A stretch of 32,000 nt of DNA from Trichodesmium erythraeum IMS101 (GTDB lineage: Bacteria; Cyanobacteriota; Cyanobacteriia; Cyanobacteriales; Microcoleaceae), in the NCBI RefSeq assembly GCF_000014265.1, contig NC_008312.1, forward strand, positions 4,440,001 through 4,472,000, read 5' to 3'. Both the position numbers and the translations under genes were made by a program. The notes under the pieces were generated by a model. It was given only the letters and a program-made list of their open reading frames with translations, had not been told where the DNA came from and ran no database searches. Shown here piece after piece: positions 18,278 to 27,314 of this stretch. How positions within the stretch are numbered: position 1 is the first letter of the stretch; each line of letters opens with the position of its first letter.

Positions 18278-19944
18278 TCAGATTATTTTTGCTAATTTCA
18301 TTAAGTTTAGTAGTTTTTGTAAATCAACAATAATATCTTTATTAGCTGATTTACTAGAGAAATTATCATCAAATTCCTCACCTATTAACTGGTAGTATTC
18401 CCAGCCACATATATTACTCAAAAGCCAATAATAATTCATTACATATTCTGGGTGAAAAATTTCTATAACTTTAGTTCCAGGATGGCAAAATACAAGGTTA
18501 GTTAAACCAGAGCCATGGGTTGCTACTATAATAACTTGACTATAAGGTAGTAACGATGCCTGTTGTGTCACTGAAATTGATTCTAGATTTATACTTTTAA
18601 AACCAAATTTTTCTAATAAATTAACCACCTCTTGTTCATTAACTATTCATCGGCTTGATGCTTTTTTCCGGCTAATATATATTCTTTTAGCCTTACTAGA
18701 TGATTGTTCTCCAGTCTTTACAGGTAAAAATAAACCTCTCAAAAATGCACAACCCCATTGTGTAAATCTCATATTTTTACCATGATGACTAGATAAGGAA
18801 GGAACTAGTAATTTTTTAGCTTTTATGTGAGGAAAATATTGGCTTTCTATAATTTTATTTGATGAAATTATTAATGCTTCAATAGTTTCTTTTTGAAAAG
18901 GTAAATCGCAGCGACTGAAAACAAATTTATCTATTTTTAAATGGCTGTGACGTAACAAGTGAACTCTCGTTACTACATCAAATACCCAATGAAAATAATT
19001 TTTTTGACCCCATTTTGTCGATAAAAAAGCAACTGTTCCATCTATATTAATTGCATGAGGTAATCGTGAATAAGATATAATTAACTCAGGAACACCAGAG
19101 GAAATATCTGATACTAATTTATTATCTGAAGTCATTATAGCGCTATTAAAATTATCTCCCCAAGCTCTTCCATTTTCCAATATTACTAAAAATGCTTCTT
19201 CAGAGTCAATTTGACACCGTTTAAAAGCACGATGAATATTTTTATTTATAGTCTGAGATAACAATAAATTTATTTGACTAGAAGGGTATATATCAATTCG
19301 AGTTATTGTTTTTGCTGAAAGTGTAATAACTTGCTAATCTCCTGTTAATTGACAAAACTTTTCCAGTAAATTTTTTGGTAATTTCTTAGAAAATCTACAC
19401 TTAAACGCAGTATTAATATAATTTTGTTTTTCCAAAACTTTAGCTATTTGATGGTAGACATCTATATAGCTAGATTTAATCTGTAGAGATTGAACAAAAC
19501 AGGCGATCGCCTCTTCAACTTTCCCTACTTCTAATAACTTATCTCCTAAATTTAAGCATTCTGTTGCTGAAACTGATGTTGGCTCTAAAATAAGTGCTTT
19601 ATATCTGCATTCTATTACTAATTTATTCTCACCTAAACCCTCCCATATTTTCGCCTATTCCTATTGCTTTTGTATAGCAATTATACTACCTAAATTTGCA
19701 TAATATTCTGCTAAATTATGATTTTTTATATGGCTTTTATATAGTAGTTTTTAGCTAATTCTAGCCCACCCATTTTTTGCATAATATTACCCATAATATT
19801 ATGTAATTCCCTGCATTTGGGTGAGCTTTATCTAGATTTTAAACAAGTAAAATAAGCTTCATCTAACTTTCCTTGAGATAAATATATTTCAGCTTTTTGC
19901 TTTCCATTAAATACTGCTATTTTTTGATTATCTATATCTGCCAT
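18278..19944 (-). pseudogene. Decayed TPR-GT61/DUF563 glycosyltransferase gene
   Basis: ORFs 18647..19264 and 18278..18628 are in the same frame and separated only by a TGA at 18644-18646 (..KKASSR*IVNEQEVVNLLEKFGF..). They carry ATHGSGLTNLVF. Upstream, the TPR leader starting at ATG 19944 is interrupted by a TAA at 19828-19830 and further stops. A TAG at 19334-19336 and frame changes separate it from the GT61 part. Confidence 0.8.
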
Positions 19945-20034
19945 ATTTTCCCTAACTTCTAAGATAATATAGTTAATAATTAATATTTAATAAGCAATTA
20001 CCAATTATTCTCTAAATATACAAGCCTTAAATAA

Positions 20035-22080
20035 TTACCAATTAAACTTTATACCCAAATACTCTTCTAATCTCTGATTATGAGGTTGAAAATATTTAGA
20101 TAATCTTTGACGCAGCAAATCAGAAATTGGTGTATAAGAACCAGAATTTAACTTTTTATATTTTGCCAGTTTATGTTCTGGCAAACCTAAAAAATCAAAT
20201 ACTTGCTTCATGGTATTATCGGGCGTTTGATAAAGGTCTTCTCCTCTCAAAATTAAAAATTGTTTCTTAGGAAATAATCCCATCCATTTCTGTATAAATT
20301 CTATATAAACACCTCTCCCTATATAATTTCCTGATAGTCGCCAATATTTTCTATCTCCTTGGGGTTGTTTAGGAGTAGTTTTCAGTATTTCTAATTCCTG
20401 ATTAATTGCAACTTCAAAAGAGCGGTCTTCCCAGTTTAATCTCTGCCAATGATGATATTGAGAAAAAGCTCTATCTACTGGATTTCTTAAAATCACCAAT
20501 AGTTTAATATTAGGCAGTAAACTATAGATTCTTTCTGGAATTTTATCAGTGACTAAATAATTAGGAGTAGCTTCCCCAGTAATCAAATTTTGCGACTTAG
20601 GAATGGGAGGAAAATGAGCCAGATACCAATCTATTCCTTGATTAAATTCCCGTGACCAAAAATGGGTTTCTTTCTTAATAGCTGGTAATACTTGGGGGTG
20701 TTGACTAATATAACTTGCTAAAGAAGTCGTACCACTTTTTTGAGAACCAATAATAATGAAATTAGGACGCGCTACATTATCAAAGTTCCAATACTTGTCG
20801 ACAAAGGCAGGATTTGATTTTTTTGTTTTGTTGTAACAAGCTGTTTGATAGCTGTTAATTGCTTCTTTTATATTTCCTTTTTCTGTAAAAATTTCTCCTA
20901 GGTTAAGATGACACAAAATACTATTTGGCTCTTTTTTTGTGGCATCTTGATATAAATTTAATACTTCCTCAAGCCGACTTTTTAGTAAGTGTTTCCATAA
21001 TACTGAATGATGAGAATACCAAGAATGTTCTGGTCTAAGTCTAATAGCTTCTAAGTAAGTAATAATAGCTTCCTCTTTTTGAGAATTGTGTAAAAAAGCA
21101 TCAGCTAAATTATAGTATGTATTAGAGAAATTTGGGTTAATAATAGTTGCTTTGTCGTAAGCAGCGATCGCTTTATCCCATTTTTGTTGTTTAGTATAGA
21201 CATTACCTAAACTATGGTAACTCCAAAAGAAATTTGGATTTATTTCTATAGCTTTTTCGTAACAGGATATTGCCACATCTAGCTTACCCATTTTTTCCCA
21301 AACATCTCCTAATTTTTTGTGGAATAAATGATTTTCTGGTTTTAATTCTATAGCACGACTATAATCTGAAATTGCTAACTTATATTGTCCCTGTTTTTGC
21401 CAAACTTCCCCGAGTAAGTAGTAACATCTAGGGTTTTTAGCATCTATCTTAATTCCTTCGCGTAAAGCTATTAATGCTGACTCTAATTCCCCATTTTTTA
21501 CCAACAATTCTCCTAAATTTTGATATCCTGCTGACAAATTAGGATTAATTTTAACAGCATTACGGTAACATTTAATTGCTGCCTCTATTTTGTTTAATTC
21601 TAATAATTTTTTTCCTATATTCAAATGCTCTATAGCTGTAGCTGATTCCGGTTCTAGGATAAGTGCTTTATAAGTATATTCTGTGGCTAATTCTTCTTTT
21701 TCAGTACACTCGCAGACTTTCGCTAAATTTCGATAAACTATCGCTAAGTTAGGCTTAATATGGATAGCTTTTTGGTAATAAAAAAATGCTTTTTCCCAGT
21801 CCCTTTGTTTAGCGTACATACTACCAATATTAGCATGGGCTTCAGCAAAATCAGGAAATATTGTTATGGCTTTAAAATAATAATTTTTGGCTGCCTCTAT
21901 ATCTCCTTTGACCTGTAAAATATTGCCTATAGTTTTGTAAGCTGGTGCAAATTCTGGTTGGCTATTTAATGCTTTTAAACAAGCTGCATAAGCTTCATCC
22001 AATTTTCCTTGGGCTAGACTAGATTCTGCTAATTGATGAAAATTAATAGCTACTGTTTCTACCTTTTTATTATTAGACAT
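20035..22080 (-). CDS. TPR-repeat / sulfotransferase fusion protein (681 aa), paralogue 2
   Basis: N-terminal TPR array. The C-terminal 240 aa are very similar to paralogue 1. Confidence 0.85.
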   Translation of the reverse strand: MSNNKKVETVAINFHQLAESSLAQGKLDEAYAACLKALNSQPEFAPAYKTIGNILQVKGDIEAAKNYYFKAITIFPDFAEAHANIGSMYAKQRDWEKAFFYYQKAIHIKPNLAIVYRNLAKVCECTEKEELATEYTYKALILEPESATAIEHLNIGKKLLELNKIEAAIKCYRNAVKINPNLSAGYQNLGELLVKNGELESALIALREGIKIDAKNPRCYYLLGEVWQKQGQYKLAISDYSRAIELKPENHLFHKKLGDVWEKMGKLDVAISCYEKAIEINPNFFWSYHSLGNVYTKQQKWDKAIAAYDKATIINPNFSNTYYNLADAFLHNSQKEEAIITYLEAIRLRPEHSWYSHHSVLWKHLLKSRLEEVLNLYQDATKKEPNSILCHLNLGEIFTEKGNIKEAINSYQTACYNKTKKSNPAFVDKYWNFDNVARPNFIIIGSQKSGTTSLASYISQHPQVLPAIKKETHFWSREFNQGIDWYLAHFPPIPKSQNLITGEATPNYLVTDKIPERIYSLLPNIKLLVILRNPVDRAFSQYHHWQRLNWEDRSFEVAINQELEILKTTPKQPQGDRKYWRLSGNYIGRGVYIEFIQKWMGLFPKKQFLILRGEDLYQTPDNTMKQVFDFLGLPEHKLAKYKKLNSGSYTPISDLLRQRLSKYFQPHNQRLEEYLGIKFNW
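20038..20769 (-). other. Sulfotransferase domain of paralogue 2
   Basis: NFIIIGSQKSGTTSL, IKKETHFW, ILRNPVDRAFSQY. Confidence 0.7.
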
Positions 22081-22204
22081 ATTTTAATCACTTTATTATT
22101 GAAACGCTTGTTTTTAAGTTTTTTTGACTGATTATAACTATTCCATTATTTACCGTATTTAACCAGAAATTTTATAAATTTATAAATAATTAGAAAAATT
22201 TCCA

Positions 22205-22294
22205 TGAACTTCATTTTTACTTTAGCTACACTATCTTCTGCTAGCTGATTAAAATTAATAGCTACTGCTTCTATTTTTTCATTATTAAAATATG
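22205..22294 (-). pseudogene. Relic copy of the 5-prime end of a TPR paralogue, start codon lost
   Basis: 22236-22293 (ttctgctagctgattaaaattaatagctactgcttctattttttcattattaaaatat) aligns with 22024-22083, the first codons of the 20035..22080 gene, at roughly 80 percent identity by eye. The copy is displaced by 212 bp. cat (ATG) is replaced by aat. Confidence 0.6.
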
Positions 22295-22675
22295 TCTAAT
22301 AATTTTGCTCCAGTTATTTTGAACTTACTTTACCCAAAGTAAGTGAGTACTAGAAAATACTCAGATCACAATTCCTAACTACTGTTTTTTAAATCCCTTT
22401 TTTAATTTATCAAAAATTAACTAGATACAACTCCCAAAATTAATCCTTTGAGAGGGAGAAACATTTTCTATCTTGCAAAATTCTTGGTTCATCAATAAGG
22501 CAAAACCTTGAACCTTAAACTTTTAAATATATAAATTCCGCAAAAAGGTTGACAAAACAATAAACTTAATAGCCTCCACTTTCAAAGTTAGGGAAAAAAA
22601 TATTTGCCATGGGTATTTCAAGCCTGTAGCTTTAGCCAGAGATATTAATAACTAAAATTACCTTTTTATTTAAGA

Positions 22676-24022
22676 TTATAAATTATCTTTATTTCTCCAT
22701 TTTTCTGCAGCTTCACTGTCACCTAGCTGCTCAAAGATATAGGCTATTTTTTCGTAAGCTTTATCATAGTCTGGTTTAATTTGTATTGCTTCTCTAAAAC
22801 ATTCGATAGCATCAGACCAATTTTTTTGTTGAATATATACTTTTCCTAATGATGCGTATAACCAACAAGAATTAGAATTAATTTCTATAGCTTTTCGATA
22901 ACTAATAATAGCCTCATCTAATTTCCCAAGCTCCTGCAAAGCATTTGCTAAACTACGATGAAATAAATGATTATTTGCTTTTAACTCTATCGCTTTACTA
23001 TAAACTTTAATTGCTGACCCCCATTTTTTTTGTTTACCCAGTGCTTCCCCTAATAGATAGTGAAACTTAGCTAAATGTGGGTTAAGTTTGATACCTTTAC
23101 GGTAGACAACAACTGCTTGATTTATTTTTCCTTGTTTGACCAATATTTCTCCAATTTTACAGTAAGCATCCCAAATATTAGGATCATTTTTAATCAGTTT
23201 ACGATAACAAGTAAGGGCTTGATTTAACTTACCTTGTTCATACAAAATATCTGCTAAATTTTTGTAAGACCAAGGAAACTTTGGATTAATTTCTATAGCA
23301 CGTTTAAATACTTCTACTGCATCATTTAACTTACCTGTTTCTCGGAAAATTTTTCCTAGTTTATGAAGAATTAACCAATTTTCAGGTAATAGTTTACTTA
23401 AACTTTGATAACAATCTATTGCTGCATCTAATTCTCCCTGATTTACTAAAATTTCTGCTAATTTCGAGTAAGCATCCGATAAAGTAGGATTTAATTCTAT
23501 AGCCTCAAAATAATCAGCGATCGCCTCTTTTATTTTTCCTTTACTAAATAAAACATCCCCCTTATTTAGCTTTTCTAATGCTTTTTTTTCTGATTCTATT
23601 TTTTTTCCGTAATACCAATATTTTTTGGCTAAACCCAAATCTCCTAACTGTTGATAAAGCCGAGATAAATTACGATAAGTACCAGTAAAATTTGGTTGTA
23701 ATTCAATAGCTGTTCTATAACAAGCGATAGCTGGTTCCCACTCTTTTTGTTTAGCATATAAACTACCAATATTTGTATAAACTTCCGCCCAATTTGGTTG
23801 TTGCATAATTGCTTGTACATAGTAATTTATTGCTTCATCTAACTTTCCCATAGCCTGCAATACATTTCCCATACTTTTGCAAGCTAAAGCATAGAATGGT
23901 AATATTTCTAGAGCTTTTTCACAAGCCAAAAAAGCCTCATCTAATTTTTCTGCTTTTAAATGAGACTCTGCTTCTTGACATAAACTAAAAGCCGACATTT
24001 CTGGAGTTAAAGCTGAATACAT
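22676..24022 (-). CDS. TPR-repeat protein (448 aa), no catalytic domain
   Basis: TPR motifs over the whole length. The N-terminal module is homologous to the N-termini of the sulfotransferase paralogues (..ACKSMGNVLQAMGKLDEAINYYVQAI..NWAEVYTNIGSLYAKQKEW..). Confidence 0.85.
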   Translation of the reverse strand: MYSALTPEMSAFSLCQEAESHLKAEKLDEAFLACEKALEILPFYALACKSMGNVLQAMGKLDEAINYYVQAIMQQPNWAEVYTNIGSLYAKQKEWEPAIACYRTAIELQPNFTGTYRNLSRLYQQLGDLGLAKKYWYYGKKIESEKKALEKLNKGDVLFSKGKIKEAIADYFEAIELNPTLSDAYSKLAEILVNQGELDAAIDCYQSLSKLLPENWLILHKLGKIFRETGKLNDAVEVFKRAIEINPKFPWSYKNLADILYEQGKLNQALTCYRKLIKNDPNIWDAYCKIGEILVKQGKINQAVVVYRKGIKLNPHLAKFHYLLGEALGKQKKWGSAIKVYSKAIELKANNHLFHRSLANALQELGKLDEAIISYRKAIEINSNSCWLYASLGKVYIQQKNWSDAIECFREAIQIKPDYDKAYEKIAYIFEQLGDSEAAEKWRNKDNL

Positions 24023-24246
24023 ATTTTTTTGATCAGGAAAAATGAAAAAGTAAAAATAGAATAGAGAATACTTAAATTATTAGTTCTTATTAGGTTCGAC
24101 TTCACCAGAAAACTTAAAATCCTAAATTTCCTTTTTTATTCCCTAAAAAAGGAAAGTTTGAAGCCTTATTTCTTAGTCAAATCTCCCAGAATAAATCTGA
24201 TAGCTTTAACCAAGAGGTTCAAACTCTTAGTCTTTATCAGTCCTAT

Positions 24247-24460
24247 AAAAGCTTTTAGTCTAACTGTACAGAAAGTTTCTTCGCTTTATGACTGTGCCCT
24301 CTGCCTCTTACATTCCCTATTAAATTTTTTAACATAAAATTTATGATAATTTAAAAAAGCTGTTAGTCTAACTATACAGAAAGTTTCTTCCCTTTATGGC
24401 TGTAGTCTCTGCCCTGACATTCTCTATGAAATTTTTCAGTATAAATTTTTTTGATAATTT
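24247..24460. repeat. Intergenic tandem direct repeat, 2 x about 107 bp
   Basis: Copy 1 is 24247-24352 and copy 2 is 24354-24460. Both contain agtctaact(g/a)tacagaaagtttcttc(g/c)ctttatg(a/g)ctgt...gataattt. Similarity is high by eye, with small indels. Confidence 0.8.
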
Positions 24461-24597
24461 CAACAAAATAACAACAATTTATCCATGTAATTTCCAGCTA
24501 TAACAAAGCAACTTCTAGCCTATTTTTTATTTCCTATGTAAGTATTATTTACCAGAAAATTGCCATACACTAACTGCAAAAAATCAATTTTTTTAGA

Positions 24598-26469
24598 TTA
24601 CTCCCAGTTAAATTTTATCCCTAAATATTCTTCTAATTTTTGATTATGAACTTGGAAATAATTACTTAATTTTTTATCCATTAATGGATCGATTTGTGAA
24701 TAATTACCAGGATTATAATTCTTATACTCTAATAGTTCGTATCTTGGCAAATCTAAAAACTTTAAAACTTGCTGTACAATTGCTTGTGGATCAGCATAAA
24801 AATCTTCACTTTTCAAAATTAGTAACTGTTCCCTTGGGAATAAACTCATCCATTCTTTTAAAAATTCAATATATACTCCCTTTGCCAAATAATTCTGTTC
24901 TCCCATCCAATAATTAACTTTTTCTGGATTATTGATTAGCTTATCTAAATCTGATTCAATTGCCTCTTCTAAAGATCGGTTTTCCCAGTTGAATCTTCTC
25001 CAGGTATAATATTGAGATATAGCTCGAACTACAGGATTTCTCAAAAGTATAATCAACTTAATTTTTGGAAAAAATTGATAAATTCTCCTAGCAGCATCAG
25101 GATGATTAAAATAACTAGGACTAGCTTCCCCAGCCAAGATTTTTTTTCCATCTGGAATTACTGGAAAATGAGCCAGATACCAATTAATTGACTCATTAAA
25201 TTTCCAAGACCAAAAATCAATTTCTTTTTTAATAGGAGACATTATTTGTGGGTGTTGAGTCAGATAACCAAAAAGGGAAGTAGTACCTCCTTTTTGCACT
25301 CCAATAATTATAAAATTCGGTCCCTGCACTTGTTCTAAATTCCATGGTTGCGATACTAAACTAGGGTATTTTTTTGTAGTTTGCTGATAACAAGCTGTTT
25401 GATAATAAGGTATAGCTTCATCAATTTTACCCAAACAAGTTAGAGCTTCTCCTATATTTAAATAAGACCAAAAAGAATCGGGATTAGCTTTCTGAAACAT
25501 CTGAAAAAAATTGAGTATTTCCATTAGTTTATCTTCCCTAGCAAAGGCTTCCCATATATTGTGATAAAACCACCAATGAAAATCCGGTTCAATTTCAATA
25601 CCTTGACGGTAAGCAATAACTGCTTCATTCCATTTTTTTTCTCGAGTTAGGGCAATACCTAAATTATAGTAAGACCTACTATTTTGCTTTAATTCTATTT
25701 CTTTTCTTACTTCTAATATTTCTCGTTCTAACTGATTTTTTTTCTCTAATACTTGCTTGAGTTTTTCAAAAATTTTTAGGTAATCTTGATTAATATCTAG
25801 AGCTATTTTATATAAAATAATTGCCCCATTAATTTGATTCGCTTTAGTTAAACCATCTGCTACTTGTACAAGTAAATCAGGGTTTTGTTGTAAAAGTAGT
25901 AGTGATTTATCGTCAATATAATATTGCTTAATATCTTGAATATCTTTGTAGAAATCCTTAATTTTTCCATCTAAGCTTGATTTATGTTTTTCTTCTATAG
26001 CATCTCCTAGTTTACTATAAATTCCTGGTAATTCTGTCTGAAGTTTAGTAGCATAGAGATAGTTATATATAGCTTCATCCCATTTTTTTAACTTGATTAA
26101 AGCATCACCTAAATTGTAGTAAGACCAAGAAAAATTTACATCGACTCTGATTGCATTTTGGTAAGCTTTAACCACCTCATCCCATTTTTCTAGCTTACTT
26201 AACGCATTTGCCAAATTATAATAAGACCAAGCAAAATTAGGATCTAACTCTATTGCTTTATCATAATTTTTTATAGCTTTTTCCCAATCTTTTTTTTGAG
26301 ATAAAGCTTGTGCTAAGTGATAGTAATACCATGAAACATTAGGTTTTAGTATGATAGCTTTACGGTAGTTTTCAATTGCTAAATCCCAATTATTTTCTTG
26401 AACATATATACTACCAAGGTTTGCATACTCTTCAGATGTATTCAAATTTAAATTATTTTTCGACGACAT
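24598..26469 (-). CDS. TPR-repeat / sulfotransferase fusion protein, paralogue 3 (623 aa from ATG 26469; the track ORF starts at TTG 26490)
   Basis: TPR repeats, a coiled-coil-like Lys/Glu segment, then a sulfotransferase domain. It lacks the first TPR module present in the other paralogues. Confidence 0.85.
   Translation of the reverse strand: MSSKNNLNLNTSEEYANLGSIYVQENNWDLAIENYRKAIILKPNVSWYYYHLAQALSQKKDWEKAIKNYDKAIELDPNFAWSYYNLANALSKLEKWDEVVKAYQNAIRVDVNFSWSYYNLGDALIKLKKWDEAIYNYLYATKLQTELPGIYSKLGDAIEEKHKSSLDGKIKDFYKDIQDIKQYYIDDKSLLLLQQNPDLLVQVADGLTKANQINGAIILYKIALDINQDYLKIFEKLKQVLEKKNQLEREILEVRKEIELKQNSRSYYNLGIALTREKKWNEAVIAYRQGIEIEPDFHWWFYHNIWEAFAREDKLMEILNFFQMFQKANPDSFWSYLNIGEALTCLGKIDEAIPYYQTACYQQTTKKYPSLVSQPWNLEQVQGPNFIIIGVQKGGTTSLFGYLTQHPQIMSPIKKEIDFWSWKFNESINWYLAHFPVIPDGKKILAGEASPSYFNHPDAARRIYQFFPKIKLIILLRNPVVRAISQYYTWRRFNWENRSLEEAIESDLDKLINNPEKVNYWMGEQNYLAKGVYIEFLKEWMSLFPREQLLILKSEDFYADPQAIVQQVLKFLDLPRYELLEYKNYNPGNYSQIDPLMDKKLSNYFQVHNQKLEEYLGIKFNWE
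24601..25326 (-). other. Sulfotransferase domain of paralogue 3
   Basis: NFIIIGVQKGGTTSL, IKKEIDFW (Asp where the others have His), LLRNPVVRAISQY. Confidence 0.7.
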
Positions 26470-27170
26470 TTTTGATTTAACATTGATCAATAAAAATTTA
26501 CAGTAGTTTCCTACTTAATAAAGTATATATATTGGTAGTTTTAGGCAATAGGCAAGATGGTTAGCAAAATATGGAAAAAGCAAAAAATACTTACCCCGTC
26601 AGTTGTGGAATATTAATCTAGAATTTTATGTCTTAATTATATAGAGATTTTCATATTAATCAGTATAGTATTTTTACCTATTCCGTGTTGCCTAAAACCA
26701 AAAATTTGTCACCTAACCTAGATTTATAAATGCATTCTTCTTTTCCATTCCCACCGAATTCTAATTATTTAATTGTTATGCATTTCAACCACATAATTAG
26801 ATACACAAAATTTATTATACATATCTTACATAATAGTATACTCTAGTATCAAAATAACAATAATGATAATTTTTCATGGTTTTTATTAGGGAATTAAACA
26901 ACAAAACTAGAAAATTTTTATAAAGAATTAGTCAACACAGTAAATTTCTTCATGTTAGAGACAGAGCTAAATATATAATTTAGTTATCAGAGATTTTCTA
27001 TATATAAATTAGAATTAATACTTAGAGTGAATAGAAAAACCATATATAATTGGTCTACTAGATAGAAAGTTTTCGCATGGAATAGACATCTATAATCACA
27101 AAGATAGAGTTAGCACGGAAAATCTAAGTTAAATCAGGATCAGAATAAAATAGTAAAATAGTTGGTAAGT

Positions 27171-27314
27171 ATGAATCTGAAAACTTTAAAAAAGTTATAG
27201 CTAAAATTCAAACTGGGATGGCAAACTGATATAAGTAAAGAAACAATAAGAAGAATCTGCAAAGTTGAATATAAAATAGAAAATAATGAAGATAGGAATG
27301 AGCAAAACTATTAA
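27171..27314 (+). pseudogene. Possible decayed transposase (IS630-like HTH) fragment in a long spacer
   Basis: Frame translation MNLKTLKKL*LKFKLGWQTDISKETIRRICKVEYKIENNEDRNEQNY* resembles the second HTH region of IS630-type transposases. It has an in-frame stop and no flanking ORF. Confidence 0.25.

Noticed and set aside
18159-18395. Plus-strand 78-aa ORF spanning the gap between paralogue 1 and the GT61 pseudogene
   Set aside because: It overlaps the start of 15685..18183 and the end of the GT61 fragment on the opposite strand. The sequence is low complexity and Leu-rich.
18644-18646. In-frame TGA as a selenocysteine or other recoding site
   Set aside because: The aligned position in the intact paralogue is an ordinary Arg, not Cys. 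The same gene has several other stops and frame shifts upstream, so a pseudogene is the simpler explanation.
22324-22343. Perfect 8-bp hairpin cttacttt-accc-aaagtaag as a terminator
   Set aside because: No U-tract follows on either strand, and it lies about 330 nt from the nearest upstream stop codon. It is noted only as a possible RNA structure.
24255-24335. 26-codon minus-strand ORF (MLKNLIGNVRGRGHSHKAKKLSVQLD) in repeat copy 1 as a possible precursor peptide for the modifying enzymes
   Set aside because: The second repeat copy lacks the ATG and has a 1-nt indel that changes the frame. The differences between the copies are not codon-preserving.
24684-24917. Plus-strand 77-aa ORF
   Set aside because: It is antisense to the sulfotransferase domain of paralogue 3.
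26470-26490. TTG start at 26490 for paralogue 3
   Set aside because: An ATG seven codons downstream (26469) is a more conventional start. The TTG extension (MINVKSK) has no support from the other paralogues.
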